A stretch of 64,000 nt of DNA from a virus (taxonomy: Duplodnaviria > Caudoviricetes), in IMG/VR virus record IMGVR_UViG_2869221657_000003, positions 1-64,000 of that record. The stretch is one strand, 5' to 3'. Below the pieces are notes generated by a model that had not been told where the DNA came from, made no database searches, and saw nothing but the letters and a program-made list of their open reading frames with translations. This document shows, piece after piece, positions 1 through 9,220 of this stretch; the stretch's first letter is position 1; each line of letters starts with the position of its first letter. Position numbers and translations under genes: made by a program.

Positions 1-750
1 CTAGCAGGTGGGAATCCCCGCGCCAGGCGGGGTGACGTAGATCGAGCTGATGTACGCGCCGTTTGCGAGTCGGTACCACAGGTTGCTGGGGGCGTGGTCG
101 GTCTCTGTCTTCAGTTCGCCCGTGGTCTGGCACACGACATTGACCGTGGCACCCTCATCGAGCACGTTCGGGACTAGCCGTGGCGCGTCATTCTTGGGTT
201 CGGCACGCTGTTGAACGCCGTAGCATGTGCCTTGCTGATCGCAAGTGCCGGTGATTGACACGGAGTACCCCATCGAGGGCAATCCGGTGCTCGGCTTGGT
301 TGTCGCTGGGCTCGCGCTCGTCGTTGCTGACGGTCGAGCGGGTGTACTGGCTTCGGTCCAGGTTGCACAACCTTGCGTTTGAAAGGCCTTATCGGTAGGC
401 AGAATCTCCACAACCTGGGGACCCACGCTGTTGTTGTTGTCGATAATGTCGTTCGTATTCAAGCTTCTAAGTCGCGCCCAGTAGCAGGCGGTTCCACCCG
501 GCTCGCGGTATGTTCCGGGCGCAATGTCGATGCCGACCAAATATGTGCCTTCATCCGGAATGGTGGTTTTCGGACCTGGCGGTGGCGGTGGTGTGTAGGT
601 GACCGTTTCCCTGCTGGTAATAACTGACTGCAACGTTGATGTCACTATGGAAGTTCGGGCCGTCTGGGTGGCAGAACCACACCCTGCTAACAGAACTAGG
701 ACTGCGCCGGAAACGGCGGACGTCAAATTTACCCCCGGCACGATTGACAC
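1..750 (-). CDS. Putative lipoprotein with C-terminal SH3-like domain
   Basis: Hydrophobic signal ending LAGC lipobox; GTYLVGIDIAPGTY..CYWARL domain; C-terminal V.VVCQT.G..WYRLANGAYISSIYV. Confidence 0.6.
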   Translation of the reverse strand: MSIVPGVNLTSAVSGAVLVLLAGCGSATQTARTSIVTSTLQSVITSRETVTYTPPPPPGPKTTIPDEGTYLVGIDIAPGTYREPGGTACYWARLRSLNTNDIIDNNNSVGPQVVEILPTDKAFQTQGCATWTEASTPARPSATTSASPATTKPSTGLPSMGYSVSITGTCDQQGTCYGVQQRAEPKNDAPRLVPNVLDEGATVNVVCQTTGELKTETDHAPSNLWYRLANGAYISSIYVTPPGAGIPTC

Positions 751-989
751 TGTAACTAGTGATTCTCCGGAGGGTCACCAGTCGTCGAGATTGGCCGGCT
801 GAGCCCGGTCGAACTCCGTCCCGAACGTGACTGCCGCCAGTCCTCCGGCGTCATGTTCCACCGCGACGAAGTCGGAACACTCGCCCAACCCAGGAGAACC
901 GCATGACCGACGAGAACGATGACGCGATTACAGGATTCGCACTGACGGATCGGCGGTACCCTCCTCACAGGAAATCTCCAGGGGGCGAC

Positions 990-1811
990 ATGTCGGAACC
1001 GGGGTGGTACCCGCCGCCGCTTGAGGGCGCGCACTGGCAGCAGCCTGCCCAGGACTACCCCACAACCGAGCTACCGCCACCGGCGAAGCGGCGAAATTGG
1101 CTAGTCCCCGCCGCCTTGGCCGTCGGAGTCGCCGGTGTTGCCTCCGCTGTCACGTTGGCGGTGGTCTTGTGGCCCCGGCAGGCGACCACACCAGCCCCGA
1201 CGCCGACGGTGGCGGCACCCGCCCCCGTTGAACCGTCACCACCCACCACGTCGACACCGCCGCCCACTGATGCGATCTCCAAAGAGGTGCAAACGTCGAT
1301 GCAGAAGAAATTCGACTCCGATCCCGACCTGTCCGGGTTGAGAGTCACCAAGGTGACGTTGGTTAACAAGTCGGGCAATGAGTACAAGGGCATCGCGAAA
1401 GTGCGCACACCGGACGGGGTGTCGCACGACGTTGAGGTCGACGTGACCTCCGACGACAACAACACCCTGTGGGAAACACCGCCAGGGGCGCTCGCCTTCG
1501 CATACGACAAGCCCGCACCGCCGCCGGCGGCCGCGCCACCGCCGCCGCAGTCGAGCCCGGTTGAGAATTTCAAGATCTGCCCATCCGGCGTGAGCGGGGT
1601 TGCCACCGGCGACACGAGCTGCGCTTTCGCGGACAACGTCCGTGCGTCTTGGTATTCCAGTGAAAGCCCAACGATTCTGGCCTACAGCCCGGTAACCAAC
1701 CAGTCATACGTGATGACGTGCACGACGACACCTACGGACGTGTGGCCGGGCGCGAAGCGTTGTGTCGGCACGAATGCCCAAGGCACAACTTTGATCGTGT
1801 ACATCGAGTAG
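990..1811 (+). CDS. Pro-rich single-pass membrane protein (cargo)
   Basis: ORF 903..1811, likely ATG at 990; one TM segment; C-terminal Cys motif TSCAFADNVR...YSPVT.QSY.MTC. Confidence 0.6.
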   Translation: MSEPGWYPPPLEGAHWQQPAQDYPTTELPPPAKRRNWLVPAALAVGVAGVASAVTLAVVLWPRQATTPAPTPTVAAPAPVEPSPPTTSTPPPTDAISKEVQTSMQKKFDSDPDLSGLRVTKVTLVNKSGNEYKGIAKVRTPDGVSHDVEVDVTSDDNNTLWETPPGALAFAYDKPAPPPAAAPPPPQSSPVENFKICPSGVSGVATGDTSCAFADNVRASWYSSESPTILAYSPVTNQSYVMTCTTTPTDVWPGAKRCVGTNAQGTTLIVYIE

Positions 1812-3020
1812 TAGAGAGACAAAGACGACCCCGATCAGGCGTACGACCGCCGCGATATGGTCGGCAACGTCGGGCCAAAGGATTTGGGGGAAGGGCAGGC
1901 ATGGCACGCCGCAATTCGCAATATTCGTCATACGCCCAGCGTCAGCGGGAAGCAGCGAGGGCCCACCAGCAAATCCCTGCTCCTCTGGAGCTAATTCCCA
2001 GATAAGTCCCACGACTTTCTGGCGGGCGGGGACGAGGACCGGTGCTAAGTCCCGGGCGGGACTTAGCACCAACGTCTTGCGCTGGTCATCTTCGTCGAGG
2101 TCTGGCAGCAAATACCGCGACACCGTGTGCTCAATCAACGAGAATTGATGCTCACAACCCGACTCGACATCTTTGTGCTTCTCGCAGTGGATCGTCGTCC
2201 GCAACTTCTCACCCTCAACGCGCAGGTCAGACCACACAGCGCCGTCCCACGTGTTCGACCCTCGCCCCGCGGTCCCGTTACGCGATGTGTGGTGGACAGC
2301 AAGAACCGCGCAGCCCGCCGCCGACCGGATCCGGTCGGCCTCAGCTATCGCCAGGCCTTGCTCAGTCGCGCTGTTTTCTTCCAGTCCCACGGTGCATCGG
2401 GCCCTGGTGTCAAGGACCAGCAGGGACGCACCGATCTCGGCCACCACGTCTACGGCGTCGGCCACGTCCGCCCCGTGACCGAGTTGTAAAGGCGCGGGCA
2501 GTATCCGCAACCAGTCACCCAGTTCGGCAGGCTCGACGGCCCACACCTCACACCACGCCAACAGCCGTTTACGGAACCCGTTCGCCCCTTCGGCGGCGAC
2601 GTAGACCACCTTCCCGCGCTCAGGCACAGCGAAATCCCCGAGCTGCGTTCCGGTGGCGACACAGCAGGCCATCGCGATAGCGATGAACGTCTTGTAGGTG
2701 CCGGGACCTCCGGACAGCTGGACCAGAGTGTCGCGGTAGATGAGACCGTCGACGAGCGGTGCTGTGGGCGGCAACTTCCCGAGGTCGTCCACCGTGAGCA
2801 ACCGGTCCCGCAGGTGTATCCGCGGCGGCATGTCGGCCCGCTCGTCGGGCGGTTCGTCGTTCAGCGGCGGGACGCCGGCGTAGTAGTCAGGCTGCGGCGG
2901 GGCCGCGGCGTCCAACTCAGGTGGCTCCCTGCCGTTAACGGGCGCGTACCTCCCCGACGACTGGGGGATCGTGCGGCCGAGCTCTACCGGATTTGTCACG
3001 ATGTTCTCCGCTGCAGCCAC
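1704..3020 (-). CDS. AAA_25/RecA-like ATPase (RepA-type helicase), C-terminus probably aberrant
   Basis: Walker A GGPGTYKT, VYVAAEG, Walker B LLVLDT, VHH, GRGS motifs. Confidence 0.75.
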   Translation of the reverse strand: MAAAENIVTNPVELGRTIPQSSGRYAPVNGREPPELDAAAPPQPDYYAGVPPLNDEPPDERADMPPRIHLRDRLLTVDDLGKLPPTAPLVDGLIYRDTLVQLSGGPGTYKTFIAIAMACCVATGTQLGDFAVPERGKVVYVAAEGANGFRKRLLAWCEVWAVEPAELGDWLRILPAPLQLGHGADVADAVDVVAEIGASLLVLDTRARCTVGLEENSATEQGLAIAEADRIRSAAGCAVLAVHHTSRNGTAGRGSNTWDGAVWSDLRVEGEKLRTTIHCEKHKDVESGCEHQFSLIEHTVSRYLLPDLDEDDQRKTLVLSPARDLAPVLVPARQKVVGLIWELAPEEQGFAGGPSLLPADAGRMTNIANCGVPCLPFPQILWPDVADHIAAVVRLIGVVFVSLLLDVHDQSCALGIRADTTLRARPHVRRCRRARHHV

Positions 3021-3418
3021 GGCTTAGCCGCGTAGAACCCGGCGCGCTGCTGAACTTCAGCGGCGACCTGCTGCCAGTCAGCCGCCCCGGCAACGGCTTT
3101 CGACACCTCCCCCAACTCCTCCTGGAAATACTCCAGGCGTAGCGCCCAATGCTGTGCGGCGTCCAACGCCGCCGCCCACTTCGCCGGATCGGTCCCGTCA
3201 AGGGCGCACCAGGCCGGGGTTCCGACCATCGGGAATGACCCCGCCCCAGCCAGCCAGGGCGTCACGAACTCGTGCACCGTCCACCAGGCCACAGCCCGCG
3301 ACCCGGTCAGGAGCCCGGTCTTGTCGCTGCGCGTTCTTGTCGGGCGACCGTGCGACAATTCCGACGACCGTGCAGAGTCGGATCGCCGCTCGCCGCCCTG
3401 GCGGGCGGCGATTCTCAT
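2996..3418 (-). CDS. DUF2742 family protein (phiRv1/phiRv2-like)
   Basis: SRAVAWWTVHEFV..P..GTPAWCALD..DPAKWAA.LDAAQHWALR motif. Confidence 0.75.
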   Translation of the reverse strand: MRIAARQGGERRSDSARSSELSHGRPTRTRSDKTGLLTGSRAVAWWTVHEFVTPWLAGAGSFPMVGTPAWCALDGTDPAKWAAALDAAQHWALRLEYFQEELGEVSKAVAGAADWQQVAAEVQQRAGFYAAKPWLQRRTS

Positions 3419-3543
3419 GAGCGGGGGCGCAGCAGTTCGACGAGTCTGATGCGCTGTTCGTCGGTGAGCGGCGGCGCAGCCGCCAACACCCTCCGAACGT
3501 AGGCGTGGATCCTGGCTTCAGGGCTGGGGGCTTTCGTTGTCAT
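3415..3543 (-). CDS. Small hypothetical protein typical of these elements
   Basis: Manual translation MTTKAPSPEARIHAYVRRVLAAAPPLTDEQRIRLVELLRPRS; ATGA overlap with DUF2742 start. Confidence 0.55.
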   Translation of the reverse strand: MTTKAPSPEARIHAYVRRVLAAAPPLTDEQRIRLVELLRPRS

Positions 3544-3621
3544 CGGCTTGGCTTCCGGTTGGTTGGTCAAAGCGGGTTGGTGCGCCGGATGTCCCCGCGG
3601 CGCAACGGGACTGAAAGTCGC

Positions 3622-3804
3622 TTAGTCGGCGCTGGCGAATTGTTCGTTCTCCCAGCGGATTACATCGCTGAGGCGGTAGCGCGCGTGGCGGCCGAAAAGC
3701 GCGTAACGCGGCCCTTCGCCACGGGTCGCCCACTGGGCGAGAGTGCCCACCGGGATCTTGATCCGTTCGGACACGTCACGCCGCGTCAGCCAAACGTCGT
3801 CCAT
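3622..3804 (-). CDS. AlpA/MerR-like HTH excisionase
   Basis: WLTRRDVSERIKIPVGTLAQWATRGEGPRY..GRHARYRLSDV. Confidence 0.8.
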   Translation of the reverse strand: MDDVWLTRRDVSERIKIPVGTLAQWATRGEGPRYALFGRHARYRLSDVIRWENEQFASAD

Positions 3805-3916
3805 TGTCGATTCTTCGGGCTGTGTGTCAGTTACGCAATTTGGGAAGATTTGGCGTTGCATGGATGTAATTCCAGCACTTGCTGCGGCTTGACGCAAGCC
3901 GTGGTACTTTTGCGGC

Positions 3917-4519
3917 GTGTCTACACAAGATGGTGAGTCGGCACCGAGGGACTGGGCCGAACGGCACGCCGCGCAGGTGGCCGCCGAGGTTCGCCGGCTG
4001 CGTCAGGTGCGGGGCTGGTCAGCGCAGAAAGTCGCCGACCGCTGCGCCCAACTCGGCCTACCCAGCGTCACCCGGCCGGTGATCGCCGACCTGGAAAGCG
4101 GCCGCCGCAAGTGGGTGTCCACCGCCGAATTGATAGTGCTCGCCCGCGCGCTGGACACCGCCCCGCTTGCGCTCCTTTACCCCGACCCGGCAGCCAGCGA
4201 AGCGCGAATGCTGCCGCACCTGAGGACCACGGCCACCTATGCGCTGCAATGGTTTTCGGGGCTAGTGGACGATCCAACCACGAACCCTGTAGCCGACGAT
4301 GCGGTGGCCTATGCGCAGAATCTGCGCCGCCTGCAGATCGCCCGGGAGATCTGGGAACTCAAGCGACGCGAGTTGGCGCTCGAATTCGGCGGGCCAGGCG
4401 AAACCATCAAGGATCGCCGCACTTGGGCGGATGCGGTCGCTGACTACAAGCTGCGGATCGCCGCGCTCGACCGCGACTACCGCAAGCTGGTCGATATCGA
4501 TGAGGGCGATGACGGGTAG
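3917..4519 (+). CDS. XRE-family HTH regulator
   Basis: VRRLRQVRGWSAQKVADRC...IADLESGRR; divergent from Xis, upstream of integrase. Confidence 0.8.
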   Translation: MSTQDGESAPRDWAERHAAQVAAEVRRLRQVRGWSAQKVADRCAQLGLPSVTRPVIADLESGRRKWVSTAELIVLARALDTAPLALLYPDPAASEARMLPHLRTTATYALQWFSGLVDDPTTNPVADDAVAYAQNLRRLQIAREIWELKRRELALEFGGPGETIKDRRTWADAVADYKLRIAALDRDYRKLVDIDEGDDG

Positions 4520-5684
4520 GGGCCGTCCGCCGCTGCGGATCGGCCAGCACGGCAAGATCTCCCGCACCTATCTCGGTAGCGGGATATGGATGGCGCGCTG
4601 CCGGTACCGCGACGCCGACGGGGTGACCCGAATCGTGGAGCGCCGCGGGCACCCCGACGAGTTTGACAAGCACGGCAAGCTCGCCGAAGACGCCCTCATC
4701 GAAGCCCTCGCCAAACGACAAACACCCGGTGCGCCAGGTCAGATCAGCCTCGACACGAAGGTTTCAGTGCTCGTCGAGGCGCATCTTGAGATGCTGGCTG
4801 AGGCTGGCAAGTCACCGTCCACCATGACGACCTACCGCTCCGCAGCCCGCAAGCTGGCCAAGTTCAGCGACGCGCTGCGAGTCGGGGACGCCACCCCGGG
4901 GCGGCTGGCCGCGGTGATCCGCTCGATGCGGGCGGCCCACGGGGCCAACATGGCGCGCCACGGCCGCACCCTCCTGCGGGGAGCCCTGCAGATCGCGGTC
5001 CTCGACGACGTGTTGGGTCGTAATCCGGTGGCCGAGGTCGGCCGCATCCACTCCGATCGCAAGCCTCAGGGTGCGCCTGCTCTCGACGCTGAGCAGCTCC
5101 GCGACCTGCTGGCCGCCTTGCGTGAGTCCCAGGCGTGCTGGGACGCCGACCTGGTCGACCCGATTACCATGCTGGCCGCTACTGGGCTGCGACGCTCGGA
5201 GCTGCTTGCGCTCCGCTGGGAGGACTACGACGAGGCCGCCAGAACGATCGCCGTCAGCGGCAAGATCGCCCGACTTCCCGGTGAGGGGCTGAAGCGGTTG
5301 GACAGCGGCAAGACGGAGTCGTCGCAACGTGTCGTCGCGCTGCCGGGGTTCGCCGTGTCGATGCTTGCCGAGCGGCGCGGCCGGGCGTTCTGGGGCGAGC
5401 AGACGATGCTGTTCCCGTCATCGGCGGGCGGCTGGCGCGACCTCGACAACTTCGACAAGCAGTGGCGACGCGTCCGAGACGATCTGGGCGTGCCGGAGGT
5501 CACGAGTCACAGCTTCCGCAAGTCGGTGGCGACGCTGATCGACGACGCCGGCCTGTCGGCGCGTATCGGCGCTGACCAGCTCGGCCATGCCAAGGTGTCG
5601 ATGACCCAGGACCGCTACATGCAGCGAGGCAAAGTGCACACCGAGGTGGCCGACGTACTGGACCGCGCCATTAGCGATGAATAA
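4509..5684 (+). CDS. Tyrosine integrase (phiRv2-like)
   Basis: TGLRRSELLALRW, HSFRK, DQLGH, TQDRY catalytic R-H-R-H-Y; ATG at 4509. Confidence 0.92.
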   Translation: MTGRGRPPLRIGQHGKISRTYLGSGIWMARCRYRDADGVTRIVERRGHPDEFDKHGKLAEDALIEALAKRQTPGAPGQISLDTKVSVLVEAHLEMLAEAGKSPSTMTTYRSAARKLAKFSDALRVGDATPGRLAAVIRSMRAAHGANMARHGRTLLRGALQIAVLDDVLGRNPVAEVGRIHSDRKPQGAPALDAEQLRDLLAALRESQACWDADLVDPITMLAATGLRRSELLALRWEDYDEAARTIAVSGKIARLPGEGLKRLDSGKTESSQRVVALPGFAVSMLAERRGRAFWGEQTMLFPSSAGGWRDLDNFDKQWRRVRDDLGVPEVTSHSFRKSVATLIDDAGLSARIGADQLGHAKVSMTQDRYMQRGKVHTEVADVLDRAISDE

Positions 5685-5705
5685 ACGATGAGCAGCCGTT
5701 TCATT

Positions 5706-5754
5706 TGGTGCCCCCACCAGGGCTCGAACCTGGGACCTGCGGATTAAAAGTCCG
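5706..5754 (-). other. att core: 3' part of tRNA-Lys(UUU)
   Basis: Reverse complement CGGACTTTTAATCCGCAGGTCCCAGGTTCGAGCCCTGGTGGGGGCACCA = anticodon arm, T arm and CCA without D arm or 5' acceptor strand; lies between two integrase genes. Confidence 0.9.
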
Positions 5755-5895
5755 TGAGTTCGACCCCTGCCACAGGGTCGTGTAATGTGTCAAACGCGCA
5801 GTTCAGGGGGCAGTACGGCCCCCGTACGACGTTATGGCAACACCACGTAGTTGACACCTATTGTTGACACCCGACCGGCCTAAGGGGGCTAAGCC

Positions 5896-7209
5896 ATGCC
5901 AGAAACCGACGCAAAGTCTAAGAGACGCCCAAAGGGTGACGGGGCACTTTTCTACGACGAGAAACGCGGCCTGCACATCGGAATTGTGTCCGTCTATGGC
6001 CCGGACGGCAAGCGCCACCAGAAGCGCGTATCGAGCAAGCTGGAGTCCAAGGCGCTAGAGAAGCTGAACAAGCTTCGGGCCGACGTTGTGAACGGAACAG
6101 TGACGGTCACACCGACTGAGATTCGGACGGTGGGCGGCTGGCTGGACTACTGGCTGATCCACATTGTGAAGCCCAGCGTGAAGCCTAGGACGTACGACAG
6201 CTATGCGGCCACGGTGCGGCTTTACCTGAAGCCCGAAATCGGGAAAATCCGATTGGACAAGCTGCAACCCGCGCGTGTGCGCGAGCTGTACACGAAGCTG
6301 CGCTTGCGCGGCACCGCTGATACCAAGCCGTCGACCCGGAACGCGCAGAAAGCGCACCAGGTGCTTAACGCGGCACTTACGCGGGCTGTCAAGGATGGGC
6401 ACTTGAGTCGGAACGTGTGCAAGGCCGTCGACAACCCGAAGCACAAAAAGGCACCGCGTGGCGCTTTCGAGCTGAAGACGGCAGTGCATGTCCTCAAGAC
6501 GGCGGCGGCTCTCGATGACAAGAACATCCCCGGCAAGCCCAAGCTGGCGTCGCGGTGGGTGGCGGCGTTTATGACGGGTGCCCGGCAGGCCGAACTATTG
6601 GGTATGGAACTTGACCGCATTGATTTGGATCAGGGCGTTATGGAAATCTCTTGGCAGCTTCAGCGTATGCACTACACGCACGGCTGCGGGACTAAGGCTA
6701 ACGGTGAACCTAGGTGCGGGAGGCAACGCGTTGGCTATTGCCCGGATCGTAAATGGGGCTTTGATCCGGTGTTCGACTACCGGGACTGCCATCGGTCCTT
6801 AGTGTGGACGCGCCCTAAGTCCTTAGCTGGGGAGCGATGGGTGCCAATGGCTCCGCTGTTGCATGAATCGTTGAAGGTGCATTTGAGGATGGACACCGAC
6901 CCGAATCCGCACGGCTTAGTGTGGCATCACCGGGATGGCAGGCCGATAAGCCAAGAGGACGATAACGAGCAGTGGAACATACTTATTGCAGCTGCCGGGA
7001 TTGAGAAGAAATCCCGCGAGGTCGTGTTGCATGAGGCTCGTAACACGGCGGCGACGATGTTGCTTGAGTCGGGAGTGGACGTGAAGGTGATCCAGAGCAT
7101 TTTAGGCCACGCGTCCATCTTGCAGACGCGGGATTACCAGAGGGTTAATTTGGAGCTGAGTAAGGTTGCGGTGTCGACTGCGTTCGACGCTCTACTGCCC
7201 GACGTTTGA
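5896..7209 (+). CDS. int: Prophage tyrosine integrase
   Basis: TGARQAELLG, LHEARNT, ILGH, TRDY; N-terminal arm-binding region. Confidence 0.93.
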   Translation: MPETDAKSKRRPKGDGALFYDEKRGLHIGIVSVYGPDGKRHQKRVSSKLESKALEKLNKLRADVVNGTVTVTPTEIRTVGGWLDYWLIHIVKPSVKPRTYDSYAATVRLYLKPEIGKIRLDKLQPARVRELYTKLRLRGTADTKPSTRNAQKAHQVLNAALTRAVKDGHLSRNVCKAVDNPKHKKAPRGAFELKTAVHVLKTAAALDDKNIPGKPKLASRWVAAFMTGARQAELLGMELDRIDLDQGVMEISWQLQRMHYTHGCGTKANGEPRCGRQRVGYCPDRKWGFDPVFDYRDCHRSLVWTRPKSLAGERWVPMAPLLHESLKVHLRMDTDPNPHGLVWHHRDGRPISQEDDNEQWNILIAAAGIEKKSREVVLHEARNTAATMLLESGVDVKVIQSILGHASILQTRDYQRVNLELSKVAVSTAFDALLPDV

Positions 7210-7957
7210 TGGGCTTCTCTAAGCGGACACGCCGCCACAGGTGGGCCTTCAGGTAACGCTGTTTGCGTATCCACGACAGTGTTGACGCGACCATGAGCAG
7301 GATCGCTGACAGGGTGGCGAATCGCCATTCCCAGCAGTTCACGATTGAGATGTCCGTCAGGTAGCGGATACCGGCGGCGACGACGGCGAACGTGAACGCG
7401 GCTATGTAGGTGTTGATGATGTGCGGTGCACGCTGGTCGGTGACGCGAATACACAAGAGCAGCCAGCAGATGTTGGCGAGCGTTCCGACGTAGGTAATCA
7501 GGATCACGGGATAGCACAATTGCTCATAGCCGGTGATGTACGAGCCTATGAGGATCGGCAGGAAGACGGTGTAGGGCAGGGTGATTCGTAACGTGACGAA
7601 CCGTCGCCGTTGGCGTGGTGTCCATTGCATTCGACCGGCGAGGTCGTGCAGGAATGTTGCGTAGGCGATGCATAGCAGGATGTGTCCCGCGATGACTTGA
7701 GGGTGTAGGTGCGCCTCTGTCATTTCGTCGGGGAGGGTCGGATTGAATGCGACCAGGTGTGGCGAGCCCAGGATGAGCGCCGCGCACATAAGTGCCCCTG
7801 TGAGCGTTGTGGCGGCTTCCCAGCGGACGTGCCAGGTGTGTCTGCGCCAGAACTGCGAAAGGGCGGCTGCGGCCAGCAGCGCGGCCATGAGTGCGCCGTC
7901 TAGCGCGGGGATGGTTTCAGCGACATGTTCCAGCTGATCAGATACGTGCATGAGCAT
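7145..7957 (-). CDS. Multi-pass membrane protein adjacent to repressor
   Basis: About 6-7 hydrophobic segments; RRHTWHVRWEAATTL motif. Confidence 0.65.
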   Translation of the reverse strand: MLMHVSDQLEHVAETIPALDGALMAALLAAAALSQFWRRHTWHVRWEAATTLTGALMCAALILGSPHLVAFNPTLPDEMTEAHLHPQVIAGHILLCIAYATFLHDLAGRMQWTPRQRRRFVTLRITLPYTVFLPILIGSYITGYEQLCYPVILITYVGTLANICWLLLCIRVTDQRAPHIINTYIAAFTFAVVAAGIRYLTDISIVNCWEWRFATLSAILLMVASTLSWIRKQRYLKAHLWRRVRLEKPIKRRAVERRTQSTPQPYSAPN

Positions 7958-8067
7958 GTGGGAGGACTGCCCTTTTTACGGCGGGTAGGGAAGCACCAAC
8001 GCACTGCTTGCGGGTGACCCAGGCCCGAACTTTTAGTTAACGCGGCAAATAACTCGCGTTACGGCAG

Positions 8068-8096
8068 ACAGTACGGCTCGCGTACTTCCCCGTCAA
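8068..8096 (-). promoter_or_regulatory. SigA-like promoter for the membrane protein gene, with overlapping GTACG-N5-CGTAC palindrome
   Basis: Minus strand TTGACG-17-TACTGT; palindrome 8071-8085. Confidence 0.6.
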
Positions 8097-8151
8097 CCCC
8101 CTATAGGTAGTGAATGTATCTGCGCCGCAAAGTCTTTCGACCTGCAACTAT

Positions 8152-8547
8152 TCAGAGCGTGGGTATATCGGTGCGTGCGCGCGGCCTGTTACGCCTCCGT
8201 GGCGCGGCCTGTTTTCGCGCCTTCCTAAGCGTCGTCGTCGCTTGAGGGTCCGCGCCCGTCTCCGGCTCCCCAGACGCCAGCTCCCCCGCACGCTCAAGGT
8301 ACGTAATGAGGTCGGCGTTGCTGAGATGCCCGAAGCGCACCAGCAGGTCAACCTTGTCCAGGTCAAAGTGGTCCGCGATCAGCATTAGGTTGGCAACGCT
8401 GTTGAGCACGCCCTTGTCGCGCTGTTCGTAGTAGGTGGAGCGCGAAATACCTAGCGCGCTCAGCGCCTCAGGCATACGCACCTGCCGCTTGAGTAGGTAG
8501 GAAACCACCACAATCAGGTCATTGTCTCGATCATTATTGGCCGACAT
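8152..8547 (-). CDS. Immunity repressor
   Basis: HTH ALSALGISRSTYYEQR; LLVRFG motif; divergent from Cro-like gene. Confidence 0.75.
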   Translation of the reverse strand: MSANNDRDNDLIVVVSYLLKRQVRMPEALSALGISRSTYYEQRDKGVLNSVANLMLIADHFDLDKVDLLVRFGHLSNADLITYLERAGELASGEPETGADPQATTTLRKARKQAAPRRRNRPRARTDIPTL

Positions 8548-8558
8548 GCCGATCAGTC

Positions 8559-8643
8559 TGTCCTATTTTCCGGACACTTACAACCCGTCCGGAACTGCGG
8601 AAACAAGCTTACAAGGTTGTAATTTTGTCCGATTTGTCGGACA
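8559..8643. promoter_or_regulatory. Repressor/Cro intergenic operators (18-bp TGTCCG-N6-CGGACA)
   Basis: TGTCCTATTTTCCGGACA 8559-8576; degenerate copy 8586-8603; TGTCCGATTTGTCGGACA 8626-8643. Confidence 0.7.
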
Positions 8644-8684
8644 AGTTTGAACCAGATCGGAACGGGGTAGGTATCGTTTTTTTC

Positions 8685-8993
8685 GTGCCGACAACCACAA
8701 CCTCCCACACCGACTACACGATCCGGTGGATTCCCCAAGCAGTCGAAAACCTGCTGCACAACAACGACATTATGACCAAGGCTGAACTCGCCTCATTCCT
8801 GGGAGTTGCCAGGTCAACGGTCTACAAGACGTTTGAGGACGACTGGTCGGGTGAAGTCACCACGAAGATGCTCGCCGCGATGTGCAGCCGCTTCGGCGTG
8901 CCGATGAACCGCATTGCTACTGAGCCCGGAAGGGCAGCGGCTAGGCCCACCCGCCGCCGTACGGCTGGCGTAAGTGTCCGGTTAGCCGGATGA
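8685..8993 (+). CDS. Cro-like HTH protein
   Basis: KAELASFLGVARSTVYKTF HTH; GTG at 8685. Confidence 0.7.
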   Translation: MPTTTTSHTDYTIRWIPQAVENLLHNNDIMTKAELASFLGVARSTVYKTFEDDWSGEVTTKMLAAMCSRFGVPMNRIATEPGRAAARPTRRRTAGVSVRLAG

Positions 8994-9220
8994 CGAAGAC
9001 CACACTTCTGGCCGACGAGCCAGATCGGTTGCTAGTCACCCGCCCGGAGGCCGCGCGAATCCTGTCCCTCTCCGAATCTGAGATTGACAACTTGCGGCGG
9101 GCCGGTCGGCTGCAAGCCAAAAGGCACGGAAAGAAAGTTCTGTTCCCGATAGACGAGCTGGAGCGGTTCGTAGCCAACCTGCCTTGGGAAGTGGACCTAC
9201 CTCAGGGTGGGGCCGCGTGA
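8990..9220 (+). CDS. Excisionase-like HTH protein
   Basis: LLVTRPEAARILSLSESEIDNLRRAGRL.AKRHGKKVLF. Confidence 0.75.
   Translation: MTKTTLLADEPDRLLVTRPEAARILSLSESEIDNLRRAGRLQAKRHGKKVLFPIDELERFVANLPWEVDLPQGGAA

Larger units (their letters stand above)
1..5754. mobile_element. phiRv2-like integrative element / putative satellite (left end outside window)
   Basis: Gene order AAA_25 ATPase, DUF2742, small ORF, Xis-like HTH, divergent XRE, tyrosine integrase, ending at a tRNA-Lys 3' fragment. Confidence 0.75.

Noticed and set aside
5706-5754. Functional tRNA gene
   Set aside because: The D arm and 5' acceptor strand are missing; it is an att fragment.
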